A DNA stretch of 61,216 bases, counting the filler, from Pirum gemmata (taxonomy: Eukaryota), in the NCBI GenBank assembly GCA_002812295.1. It is 17 parts of 17 records of this genome, joined end to end, with 100 filler letters (N's around TTAATTAATTAA, not from the genome) between each part and the next. Parts side by side here need not be neighbours in the genome. Positions count along the whole stretch, not along the records: positions 25,056 to 28,329 come from PDIN01002929.1; positions 28,430 to 31,686 come from PDIN01002930.1; positions 31,787 to 35,093 come from PDIN01002931.1; positions 35,194 to 38,498 come from PDIN01002932.1; 13 more parts are not named here. The stretch is one strand, 5' to 3'. The translations under genes were made by a program, and so were the position numbers. Below the pieces are notes generated by a model that worked only from the letters and a program-made list of their open reading frames with translations, was not told the DNA's origin and made no database searches. Below, piece after piece: positions 25,486 to 37,362 of this stretch. Numbering within the stretch: position 1 is the stretch's first letter; every line of letters begins with the position of its first letter.

Positions 25486-26548
25486 ATTTTCAAATAAACA
25501 AATTCAAGATCAGATTGATAGACTTGCTCAAGATGGGGTAACCAAGTTTTTAAATACGTGCAAAGATACAATTTTAGAAAGGAATAATAATATTGGCTTA
25601 AGGCGAGAGGGTAAGGAAGGCTTCGAGACATTAGCAGTAGCATTAAGTTGTTTCTTACTTTATATTACTGATAATTCTATGACTGAAGAAAATAAAACCA
25701 AAATCCCAAACAACGATTCCATGTTGAAAGCCTTAGCTCTTATTATAACAAGTAAGTAACGATTTCTATACTATACTATACTATACTTTTATTTTAATTT
25801 TTTTTCGTGATGGATTTATGGTAGCATATAATATGATTGGGATGTAAAATAAAATGTGATTTGGTAGTATTAAATAAGGTAAAAGGTAAAAAAAACAAGG
25901 ATAAAATTTAAAAAAAAAACAAATCAATAATTATTTGTAAGGAAGTCAATTTTAACACTTATTATATATGAAAGAGAAAGTAGATTTTGGTTGGTAAAAA
26001 ATCAAAATCTACATATCTATGATTAAATAAAAATTGATTTGTACATGTAATCTTATTTTTTTTCCCTTCACTTAACAGAATTAGTTGATTAATACGATGT
26101 TGATTTAACCTATCACCTTTGAGAATTATTAACTGGGCCAAGTCTAGCCTTTCAAACAAATAATAATGATAATTTATAATAATTTATAATAATTTATAAT
26201 AATTTATAATAATTAATAATAATTTATAATAATTTATAATAATTTATAATAATTTATAATAATTTATAATGTATAGGCAACTGTCATGACCACAAACAAC
26301 GCAATTTACGAGTGGAAACATTTCTTGAAATGGTTTTCGGCGAAGAAATTTTAGAATGCAAAGCTTTTGTTTTCCAAGTCAAAAGCAAAGTGACAGAAAC
26401 TCAAATGGGTAAACAGTTTGGTGACCAAGAAGATTCAAAGCCAATGAATTAATTAGCTAATCATTTAAAAACCACGTGTAATTAATTGTAAAACAAACTT
26501 TTGGTAAAGAATTAGAAAACAAAAAAGTGGTTTTCGGGGTTTTGGTAA
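25486..26548 (+). pseudogene. Three-exon gene remnant of unknown function with in-frame stops
   Basis: Clean exon 25486-25751 (tttag|...IQDQIDRLAQDGVTKFLNTCK...LALIIT|gtaagt). The exon from 26079 reads KLVD*YDVDLTYHL*ELLTGPSLAF, and the exon from 26277 reads GNCHDHKQRNLRVETFLEMVFGEE...MN*LANHLK. Confidence 0.55.
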
Positions 26549-27281
26549 ATTTTGATAGTAGTGTTTGTTATAAAGTGCTTTGGTACCTAAATATTAATGC
26601 GACAATGATGTAACATGAAGTGGCAGTCTAGTCTCATAGGTATAGGTTAGTACTAGATGTGACCAAGTTCACTTTTTTAATAAACAAAATCCAATATGCT
26701 ATAATATAACTCGAAAATTATGTATAAATTAAGAAGCGGGGGTTTCACTTGTTGCAGTGTTCTCAATTTTGATGAAAAATGGATAAACAAACTCAATTTA
26801 AAATGTTACTTTGCAAATACCTCTATAAACGGTAAAAGGCAAAGGTAATAAATAAATAATCAATTAAATAAAAAAATTGATAAATAAAATAAAATAAATA
26901 AATAAAATAAAATAAATAATTAATAAAATAAAATAAATAATGCACTGTATAAATGGTGCATACGTAAATACAAATAAAAAAAAAAGTAACAAAAACAAAA
27001 AAAAAATATGAATAACAAATACTGAATAACTGAAAAACTAAATACTTAATTACAAATAAATGATCACGGTACATAATAAAACCAAATAATTTAAATATGA
27101 CTAAATAAATTATAAATTATCACAACAAATGATAATAAAAAACCATAAAAGGCAAAATGAGAAACAAAAAACTTATAATAGAAGCTTGTGGTATTCACCC
27201 TATTAAGTATTAACAAATATGAATCTTTTTAACACGCCAAGGTACACTATCCACAAGTTCTCGATGAGAAACTACAAGACA

Positions 27282-27440
27282 TTTTGACGTCATGGCTGGT
27301 CACATTTTTAAAGTTGAACTGTAAATAAACCGAAAAATCTACGAAACTTTCCAATACCATTTTGACGTCATTAATGCTCACATTTTAAAGTTGAACTGTA
27401 AATAAATTGAAAAATCCAAGAAACTCTCCAATACCATTTT
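27282..27440. repeat. Tandem duplication, unit about 78 bp
   Basis: ttttgacgtcat...cacatttt(t)aaagttgaactgtaaataaa..gaaaaatc.a.gaaact.tccaataccattt occurs twice. Confidence 0.85.
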
Positions 27441-27649
27441 CTAATATATCATGCGTATTGTGACTAGTAATACCCCCCCCTCCACACACACATAATAATA
27501 ATGATCAGTCTCCATTGTTTCACAACTGAGCCTAATCCTCTCAAGCCTTTCGCTTTTCATAAAGCAGTTTGATATAGTGAATAGTCTTGTATACTGAATT
27601 CCGTTATAACTTAAAGCACGATTTAGAAAAAGTGCTTTTAAGTAAATTA

Positions 27650-28143
27650 CTAGTACGTTTTCAATTGTATTTTTTAACAATAACTAAACAATACTAAAGA
27701 AGTTCTACAAAATTCCATTTTTTTTTTTTTTCGTAGTGGTTGATTTGTTTCCAAGCTTTGTTGTAATTGAAACTGCCTATATAACCGATGCTAGACCAAC
27801 AGATAATAGCAATGATACGATATATTCGAAATCCTAAATCTTCAATTAATGCGATCCCGATTATGTAATTTACGGATTAGTATGTTTTCAATTGTATTTT
27901 TTCACAATAATTAAACAATACTAAAGAAGTTCTACAAATTTTCAAAAAAAAAAAAAAAAAAAAACCTTTCTCTCTCTTTCTCTTTTCAAACTAGTTCTTC
28001 GTAGTGGTCAATTTGCTTCCAAGCTTTGTTGTAATTGAAACTACCTATGCAACCGATAATAGACCAACAGATAATAGCAATGATACAGTATATTCGAAAT
28101 CCTAAATCTTCAATTAAAGCGATTCCGACTATGTAATTTACGA
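27650..28143. repeat. Tandem duplication, unit about 230-265 bp
   Basis: tagta.gttttcaattgtatttttt...ccaagctttgttgtaattgaaact.cctat...tattcgaaatcctaaatcttcaattaa.gcgat.ccga.tatgtaatttacg occurs at 27650 and 27878. Confidence 0.9.
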
Positions 28144-28297
28144 CAACAAAACAGCAAGAAGCACTGAAATTGAATTAAACATAAAAGGAAAAAAAAAGTT
28201 AAAAAAACACGAAACATACATAGTTCAATGCGGAAATTAAGAACAACAACAACAACAACAACAGCAGCAGCAACGGCAGCAACAACAACAGCAACGG

Positions 28298-28328
<31 letters not shown>

Positions 28329-28471
28329 ANNNNNNNNNNNNNNNNNNNNNNNNNNNNNNNNNNNNNNNNNNNNTTAATTAATTAANNNNNNNNNNNNNNN
28401 NNNNNNNNNNNNNNNNNNNNNNNNNNNNNGCTTAAGCAGCTATCATCGTTTGGTTTCCAAACTGGGGGGAG

Positions 28472-28864
28472 TGTCGTCCGGCGGCTCGAAGTACCCTCGA
28501 GCCGAGTTCGGTTCGTTATATAAATACTCGAGATATAGACCCGATAATATGTATGATCGGAGCCGGCCAGTTCGAGCCCGACCGAGTCTCTAAAGTTCGG
28601 AGTCCCAGCCAATGAGGATCCAATATGCCAGGATACATATCTTATTCAGTGAAGAGACCCTGCATGCTAGTTAGCTGTGATGACAGTTTTGTGATTGTGA
28701 AAAGTTTCATATATATGAGTCTTTGTTTTCTAGGACTGTTAAAAATATAAGTTTTTATAAGTTTTAAAATAACGAATACGAATAAACCCTTTAAACCTTG
28801 ATTTTGTGTTTCGATCTTAATTAATACTTAACGTAATTCGGATAATACTATTTAGCCGACAACA
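28472..28864 (+). mobile_element. 3' LTR (393 bp) of an LTR retrotransposon, preceded by a polypurine tract
   Basis: PPT GGGGGGAG (28464-28471) abuts TGTCGTCCGGC. The element ends GCCGACAACA, giving TG...CA termini with an imperfect inverted repeat. Internal TATA-like tatatatg at about 28710 and AATAAA at 28781. The internal region is lost at the contig start. Confidence 0.8.
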
Positions 28865-29883
28865 CTAGCTTAGTAATACATTAACCTGTTTATGTTCATT
28901 TTTCAAATCTCCCGTTTATTCGGCTATCGTTGTTTAACTTATAGATATCATAGTTCAAAGGAGGAAAGGTAGGTAGGTGATGACAACGTCGGATTATGTG
29001 CTAGTCTCTAGTGAACTCGATACCTTTCAGAAAGAGAAGCTGGACCTTTCTAAATTTATATGAATGAACACTATAAGAACACTGTTTCATATTAAATGAT
29101 ATATTATGTATTCTACTGTACATATTATGTATTGTAATAGTGGGGGTCTATGATACCAACGAGCTTATAAATAAATAAATAACAATATTGATATGAAAGC
29201 TTCATAAACTTGGTCTTTTTTTTTTTTTTTTTTTTTTTTCTTTTTCAATTAACCTTGTTTTTTTTTTTTTTTTTTTTTTTTCGTCGCGTTCAAGTATTTA
29301 CTTTATTAAATTATCGATAGCCTCAGCTGTCAAAGTCTCAAAGAACCCTACCGTAGTCAAAGAACCAGTATAAACAGTTACTTCTACACAAAAACCTAGC
29401 TCAAAGAACCTATTTTTCGTGTTCTTTTCGCCTTCTTTTGGTAACGTTTTCTAATAGTCTAAAGGCTGTTTTCAAAACTAGCAAAACTAGCTTCAACCTA
29501 GTCAAACTTGGACTCCCTAGCTAGCTAGAGCTAGCTCGTGGGGACTGCAGCTCTGGGACTGCAGCTAGACTAGTAGGAACTTCTGTCAGGTCTCAAGGAG
29601 TCAAGGTTGAAGACATTTTGCATTGAAGGAAGGAGTTCAAAAGAAAAAAATGTATCTAATTTATGTATTTATAAAAGTTTAATAAGGAGTTTGAAACTTT
29701 CAACTCCTTGATAAGTTTATAGTAACAAGTAACTGTTATTTTTTTAAAAAATATATCGATATCGATATCGATATCGATAGTTGTATTTTTTTGAACTATT
29801 TTTTTATTTGTTTCATAATATTGTCGTTGGGTTTGACTTGTTGATAGAAATATTATTATGCTAAATATTATAAATATACTAGA

Positions 29884-30064
29884 GTGCTTTTCAGTTTTTG
29901 TCATCACAAAATATACAATAAATAGTACCAAATTAATACAATATAAATCCATTTAATTTAATTTGGTATATTTTATTATCTATTTATTGATTTAAAAATG
30001 TCATTTTAAAGATTATAACCCTCCAAATAAATATTCAAAGTGACAAAGTAAATGAAAAGCATGA
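29884..30064 (+). mobile_element. MITE family B copy
   Basis: gtgcttttcagtttttgtcatcac...gtgacaaagtaaatgaaaagcatga followed by TA. Confidence 0.8.
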
Positions 30065-30399
30065 TAGATATAGTTATAGATATCGTAAATATTATATACG
30101 CGAGAACTATAGTTCACCATGATATATGTGTGACTTAAAAACCAAAAAATATAATTATTATATTCTTTTCTTTTTTTTATTATTATCAAAAAATTGCCCA
30201 GTTTCTCTTTCTAGACTCATTATTTTTTTTTTTTTTTTCAGTTTTTTCTCTATATACTCAGCTACACTCGAGCTAGATGTGAAAACACTACTGGCTAGCT
30301 AGCTAGCTAGCTACTCTACTAAACTTCTACTATCATATTATAGCTACTAGCTAGTTAGCTATGATAGCTACTGTAGCTAGCTAGACTGGTCATATTATA

Positions 30400-30565
30400 G
30401 GGAGTGTTCAAATAATACGTCACGTCAAGAGGTAGGTAGGTAGGCGGTATTTGACCAGAAATTAACGTCAAGGGGTAGGTAGGTAGGGGTATTTGAAGCA
30501 GTACTTGACCGGAAATTGGCGTTTAATAATAAATATGTAGTATTTGAAGTTGAACGAACGCTCCC
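30400..30565 (-). mobile_element. MITE family A copy
   Basis: gggagtgttcaaataatacgtcacg...gaacgctccc, with small internal insertions. Confidence 0.8.
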
Positions 30566-31828
30566 TAACTTGCAGTCATAAGTTCTCACACTTGATGTAA
30601 CTTACTGTTTCCTTTTTTGGATTACTTCAATTTTAACAAATGAAAGTTTTTTTTTTTTTTTAGGCTTTGTAGTGCCTCTGAAATCAAGGTCTGAAATTTT
30701 CTTCCAATAAAAACCTTCCTTTGAGCACTTTAATTTGGCAATTTGCATTCAGTTTTGCATTCAGTTTTGCAAAAGTGCGGAAACAGTTTGAAACAGCACT
30801 GACCAATTGACAGAGCGTATCATAGTCTACTAAAATTATAGACTAAAATTACTGACCAGTGTCAGGTTGAGTAGCCAGAATAGCCAGTCTCAAACGTTGT
30901 GTTTTTTTCACCCTATTTTATTTTTATTTTATTTTTTAAAAAAAATTTTTTTTTTTTTTTGAAAGTTAATAATAGAAGCTCGTGCATTGGAAAATTTCGA
31001 ATTTTGGATGAAATTAGGCAGGCGCCCCTGTCAGCAAATTTGTTGTTTTAAAAAAATTATCTGTTTTAAATTATCAATTTTCATTTCTCAAATCCAATTT
31101 TTTTTTTGTATCATAGATTATGAAAAACGGATGTTTTTTTTTATGATGACGTACAATTTATGTTGATTTGTGTTCGAAAAAGAAAGAAACTACATCGAGC
31201 CAAAAAACAAATCCTAATTTGGAATGAAATAAATTGCCATAATTAGAAAGCAAATATCTTTTTTTTTTCAGGGGAAATAATACGAAATTATACGATAGCT
31301 AGCCTAGCTAGAATACGACAGATAATATGACATAGAGATTATTAGAGAGTCGATATCTGATAAATCCTATATTATATAATATAATACTAATTATAATAAT
31401 ATATTAATAATATTATACTCCTACTAGTCTAGCTAGTCTATGACGATTTTATATATGATATGTTATTACTATTATCATGAATCATGATGGTGATATTGAT
31501 ACTATGATGATCAATGACAGCTGATATAGTATATACGTGATATCTATATTATTATTATAAAACAATAATATTATCGTAATAAGAAAAGTTTCGCTTTGCA
31601 CCATAGTCTAGAATATTGAAATATAAGCCATACATAAGAATATAATAATAATAGTATAATAATAATATTATATATAAAATCGTCATNNNNNNNNNNNNNN
31701 NNNNNNNNNNNNNNNNNNNNNNNNNNNNNNTTAATTAATTAANNNNNNNNNNNNNNNNNNNNNNNNNNNNNNNNNNNNNNNNNNNNCATTTTCTTGTTAT
31801 TATCATTGTTGACATTGTCATTTATTTT

Positions 31829-32045
31829 CCAAGCCGGATAAAAATGCGAATCCCCCATATGAGCTCAAAATCGAAAAAAATCTCAAAATGATACAATTTT
31901 AATAAATGTACTACCAAATGTTAAGAAATATTTCAAGTAATAAAACTCTTTTATGAACCAATGGCTGTTTTTAAAAAATAGTTTGGCTAGTTAGTATTTA
32001 AAGATTTTAGAAAAATGATTTCTACAGTATTATCTGGCTTGACAG
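31829..32045 (+). mobile_element. MITE family C copy
   Basis: ccaagccggataaaaatgcg...gatttctacagtattatctggcttgacag. Confidence 0.75.
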
Positions 32046-32870
32046 TTTTTAAAAAAGAAATATTTGTCTACATTTCTATTCGAGTGCCAAATTTTCGTTG
32101 AGATTATTTGTTCTGATTTTTTATTTGTTACAAAAATTTTTTAATGTTTTTTTTTTTTTGTTTTTTTTTTTTTTTGTTTTTTTCACGCCATATACGTTTT
32201 TTTTTTTGCTTTTTTATTTTGACTTTTTTTTGGGTTTCAAACTTGAACTTTTTTAGAATTTTTTTTTTTATATGACATATCATAAAATAATAAAAATAAT
32301 AATTTTATAAATAAATATTAATTAAGTGTTGTTGTTCGTTAATTAGGGTTGCAGCTATGGTAATGGTTAGGGTTAGGTTTAGGGTTAAGGTTAACGTTAA
32401 TAAAACAACGTTGTCTAGGGTTTTTTATGTTTCTAATTTTTTTAATTTTTTTAATTTTTTTAATGAATTTCATTTTAATATTACATTGTACTAACACAAT
32501 TCAACGCTTTTGTCGCAAAAAGTGTATTAATTAATACAAGTCTATATAATTTTATATATTATTTGTTTATCTCTTATTTTCAAGTATAAGTGTTTTGATC
32601 TGTTCCAAGAAATTACCTGATTACTAATTGATTTTAATATTATTACAACCGGTATTAATATTACTACCCGCCCAACCCCTCCATCATCTTGTCCCCAATA
32701 TCTTCCACTTTATAAGTCTCTAGCCTCAACCCCAACGTTACAAAAACCAATGTCAATTTAACGGTATATATAAACTCCTAACCCTAACTCTAACCCTCAC
32801 ACTAACCCTAACCCTAATTCTAAACTACCCCTTAATAAATATTATAATTAATGTTGATTGCAATATGTAG

Positions 32871-33123
32871 TAATAAAACTACAGAAACCTTTTTTTTATT
32901 ATTTTTTTTTTTTTGACGTCTATTCTAAAAACCTTTTTAAATGCTATTATTAACTAGCCAAATTGTTTTTAAAAACTAACGACTATTGGTTCATAATATA
33001 GTTTTCTTAGTTAGAAGATTTCTCAAAATTTGGTAGTACTTTCATTAAAATTGGAGCATTTTGAGATTTTTTGGATTGTTGAGCTCATATGGGGAATGCT
33101 GCAATTTTTATCCGACTTGGCTG
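32871..33123 (-). mobile_element. MITE family C copy, inverted relative to the 31829 copy
   Basis: Ends ...ttgagctcatatggggaatgctgcaatttttatccgacttggctg followed by TTAA. Confidence 0.75.
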
Positions 33124-33273
33124 TTAAATATATATATATAATATTAATATATCATCAAAGACCCTACTACTACTACTACTACCACCACTACCACCACTAA
33201 CACTACTACTACTGCCACCACTACTATTAATATTAATACCAATACTACTACTACTATCACTACCACTACTACC

Positions 33274-33305
<32 letters not shown>

Positions 33306-33531
33306 CACTACTACCACTACCACTACTATAACCCTCCAAATAAATATTCAGAGTGACAAAATAAATGAAAAGCACAATAATATTATATACTATTATGACA
33401 TACTACTATATTAATATTACTGCCACTAGTACTATTACTACGACGACGACGACGACTACTACTATAGCTACTACTACTACTACTTATACAAATACCACCA
33501 CCACCAATATAGCTACTGCTACTACTATTAA

Positions 33532-33587
<56 letters not shown>

Positions 33588-33862
33588 ATACTACTACTAT
33601 TACTACTACTGCTACGTACTACTGTTACTACCACTAGTACTAGTACTGTTACTACTACTACTATATTAATTAATACTACTATTTATTTAGTTAACTTTTA
33701 TTATTATCCTAACTATCATAGTACTAAATTATAATTATTTATAATATTATAATAATAATAAAAAAAATAACAAACCCTAACCCTATATATAATGAGGAAG
33801 GGTGTCAGTAACCCTTCCCCCCCACACGTGCAAAAATAGCACCGATCATTGTGGCCAAAACC

Positions 33863-33988
33863 GAGCTCAAATACTACGTAACAATAAAGCTTCAAATACC
33901 CCTACCTGCCTACCCCTCGACGTTAATTCCCGGTCAAATACCACCTACCTACCTACCCCTTGACGTGACATATTATTTGAACGCTCTC
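33863..33988 (+). mobile_element. MITE family A copy (degenerate)
   Basis: gagctcaaatactacgtaac...tacccctacctgcctacccctcgacgttaattcccggtcaaatacc...tattatttgaacgctctc. Confidence 0.75.
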
Positions 33989-34254
33989 TTACGGGTACGA
34001 GTCGATTTTTTTTTTTTATGACGTAACCGCTCAGGAGTGAATAGGAGACTATAATTATGGAATAATTTGGCTGAACGCATATGACGTAAGTTTTTATTTG
34101 TATACGTCATTATCCCTCCTCTTCTAGCTAACCTCACTAGTCTTTTTCTTTGATAGACGCCATTGCCCGAAAGTGTGACTTAAACTGTTTTAGGCAGTAA
34201 TTAAGTATTATAATGAACTTTAAAATTATGACCAAAAGTGTTTTAGGTAAGATT

Positions 34255-34517
34255 AGGAGACATTGAAGTAGGAGGGATGACATGACGTCATAATACTAAT
34301 ACCAACCTAGGGTACGGCAAAAATTGAAAATTTGACTTAAATTACTATAAAAAGTTAATTTATAACTATTAATAGTAATACTTAATATAGTAAACTATTA
34401 TTTTAAGGATATAAATATCTATTTTAAGTAATAATATTTTGCCATTTCAATTCCTTTTGTAACCTATCTCAAAATTTCTGCCAAAGGGGATGTCATCCCT
34501 CCTATTGAAGTCCTTTT
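34255..34517. mobile_element. Putative single-copy MITE or inverted repeat
   Basis: taggagggatgacat (34269) versus atgtcatccctccta (34490), with an inner pair ggcaaaaattgaaa / ctcaaaatttctgcc. Confidence 0.45.
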
Positions 34518-34557
34518 AATACATTTTATTTAATTTAATTATTTAAAATTTAATTTT

Positions 34558-34920
34558 GTGCTTTTCAGTTGTTTTATCATCATAAAATATACAATAAATA
34601 GTACCAAATTAATATGATATAAATCCATTTAATTTAATTTGGTATATTTTATTATCTTTATAAATAATGATAAATGTATGTATAGACCTACATGTATACA
34701 TCATTGTTTTGTCATCATAAATATACGATAAATAGTACCAAATTAATACAATATAAATCCATTTAATTTAATTTGGTATATTTTATTATAATAAATATAA
34801 ATTTAAAAGTATCAACTTCAATATTATAAATAACCAAATAAATATTCATCTATGTATTGAAATAAAAAAATCAATTTAAAGATTATAACCCTCCCCAAAT
34901 AAATATTCAGTGACAAAATA
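34558..34920 (+). mobile_element. MITE family B copy with internal duplications
   Basis: Starts gtgcttttcagttgttttatcatcat. The core ataaatagtaccaaattaat...ccatttaatttaatttggtata is present twice (34595, 34729). Ends cagtgacaaaata. Confidence 0.75.
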
Positions 34921-34963
34921 TTCTTATTAATACCTAAGTAGCTACTAGCTAGCTTTGCTAGCT

Positions 34964-35092
34964 TAGGGTTAGGGTTAGGGTTAGGGTTAGGGTTAGGGTT
35001 AGGGTTAGGGTTAGGGTTAGGGTGAAGGTCAGGGTTAGGGTTAGGGTTAGGGTTAGGGTTAATTTATAATTAGGGTTGGGGTTGGGGTTGCA
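34964..35092 (+). repeat. (TTAGGG)n tract at contig end
   Basis: About 16 TTAGGG units that degrade into TTGGGG before the spacer. Confidence 0.85.
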
Positions 35093-35730
35093 ANNNNNNN
35101 NNNNNNNNNNNNNNNNNNNNNNNNNNNNNNNNNNNNNTTAATTAATTAANNNNNNNNNNNNNNNNNNNNNNNNNNNNNNNNNNNNNNNNNNNNTATTATT
35201 ATTATTATTATTAATATTATTATAACAAAAGCAATATAAAATACAGTTTATAATATATTTTTAGTACCATAAATATAATTATCGCAATAGTATTATAATA
35301 ATATTAACCATTGGTAATTAGAAAAGTACTCTAGTTATTACACAGCCCAAGCGCTATTGTGTTTTTTTTTAAAATATTTTTTAGGTATTATCATAATTGT
35401 AATAATTAAATAACATGCACAGATATCGTATGATAAAAATAGTAGAGTTATAGAAAGTTCTCTCTCTCTCTCTCTCTTGCTCACTGTGGCACCCACCCAC
35501 ACGCGCGGTGATACACATATATGTCACACACATACGTATACACTATCCATCCATACCCACGCCCACATCCACGCACACACGCACGCGGTGATACACATAT
35601 ACACTTACACTATGGCACACACGCACACACACACACTCACTCACACACTGTGACATCACACACACACACACACACACTCACTCACACACTGTGAGATCAC
35701 ACACACACACACACACACACACTGTGACAT

Positions 35731-35797
<67 letters not shown>

Positions 35798-36829
35798 CCT
35801 ATAACACCACACGAACACATCCTGTGACACACATAGACAAGTCATACAGTCTGTGACACACAACACACTTTCTCAGGCCTTGATTATTATCAGCACGTGG
35901 AGGATAACACCAGTTACACCACACCGTCTTAGTACTTTTTAGGCAAAATAGAAAATTATAATTGAAGTATTGTTTTGAATTTGTTTTTTAAATTAAAGTG
36001 TAATTTATAATTATAATACATTGTTATATCAAATGTTTCATTTAAATCAAAAGACGCCAGGAAATAAAATCGTAGGTGTAGCAATTATGGTCTATTATTT
36101 ATAAGTGAGTAGAATGTGAGTAGACCCTACCGATACTAAGTGGACTTTTTATCATCGTCCTCATCGTTCTCTATAATATGCGTTTGTTTTACGTGTGTTT
36201 ATGCGTTTTGCGTTCACCGTTCTCTACATGCTTTTACCTAGATGCTTTTACGTTCTCTACATGCGTTTTACATGCGTTTTATTGGACTTAATTTCACTAT
36301 TTTGGTATGATATAATTAAAAATATAATACCAAAATTTAAGAATATTTATAATCAAAAATATATTCTTAACTATTTGTATCAAAATATGATCATTTGTAA
36401 TTAAAAAATAACTAAAAAAATTACTAAAAATAGTAACAAAATTATTAATATTTACCAAAATCCTCTAGCTAGTACCGGTATGAATAACAAAAAATAATGA
36501 TATTTACACTATATTTACCAAAATCTAACCAAAAATGCTCAAAAAAATTTAATCTTCTTTTAAAATTGTCATACAATGACCAAAAATAATAAAAAAATTA
36601 CCAAAAAATGAAAAAATAAAATCTTGTACATAGTAATGGAGTAGTAATGGCCATATATTAAAAATGAGATTAATGACCAAAAATGCTAAGAAATTTACCA
36701 AAAAATGACTGAAATAACTCTGAAATAGCAAAAAATGATCGAAATAAAATCTATGACCAAACCCTATTAGTGTGTTACCCTAAGCTAGCTAGCTAGCTAG
36801 CTAGAGGGTTTAGTAGTGTAATAGTAGTA

Positions 36830-36830
36830 G

Positions 36831-36864
<34 letters not shown>

Positions 36865-36910
36865 GGTTAGGGTTAGGGTTAGGGTTAGGGTTAGGGTTAG
36901 GGTTAGGGTA
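36830..36910 (+). repeat. Interstitial (TTAGGG)n tract
   Basis: About 12 TTAGGG units embedded in CTAG-rich sequence. Confidence 0.9.
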
Positions 36911-37141
36911 ACACACTCTAGCTAGCTAGAGTCTAGAGTCTAGACTACTAGCTACTAGAGTAGTTACCCTAGCTAGCTAGCCCTAGCTAGATCAAGGACT
37001 TTTTTTTTTTAAAAAAAAAAATAAAAAAAAAGACTTTTTTTACCTTGACTACTACTAGTTTGACTAGGCTAATAAAAAATTAAATTTTTTTTTTTATATG
37101 CATAAGATTTCCAGTAAGATTTTTTTTTTTTTTTTTTTTAA

Positions 37142-37362
37142 CAGCCGAGAAGGATAAAACTGTCTAGTAGATAAAACTGTGGAAATCATTTTTAGGCTTC
37201 TTTTCTAGCCAAATTATTTTTAAAAACTAGCCATTGGTTCATAATAGAGTTTTCTTAGTTAGAAGATTTCTCAAAATTTGGTAGTAGGATGGTCTTGGAT
37301 GGATCATTTTGTTTTTTGGTTTTTTGAGCTGTTGTGGATGTCGCCATTTTTATCTGACTTGG
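37142..37362 (-). mobile_element. MITE family C copy
   Basis: TTAA|cagccgagaaggataaaactgt...tggatgtcgccatttttatctgacttgg; reverse-complement homologue of the 8972 and 31829 copies. Confidence 0.75.

Noticed and set aside
25486..26548. Stop-codon reassignment (TAA/TAG read as Gln) suggested by in-frame stops
   Set aside because: Well-supported genes have no internal stops and terminate at TAA where expected (549, 4025, 8950, 44101, 48858, and 53763 directly after the C-clamp). The interrupted sequences are better explained as pseudogenes.
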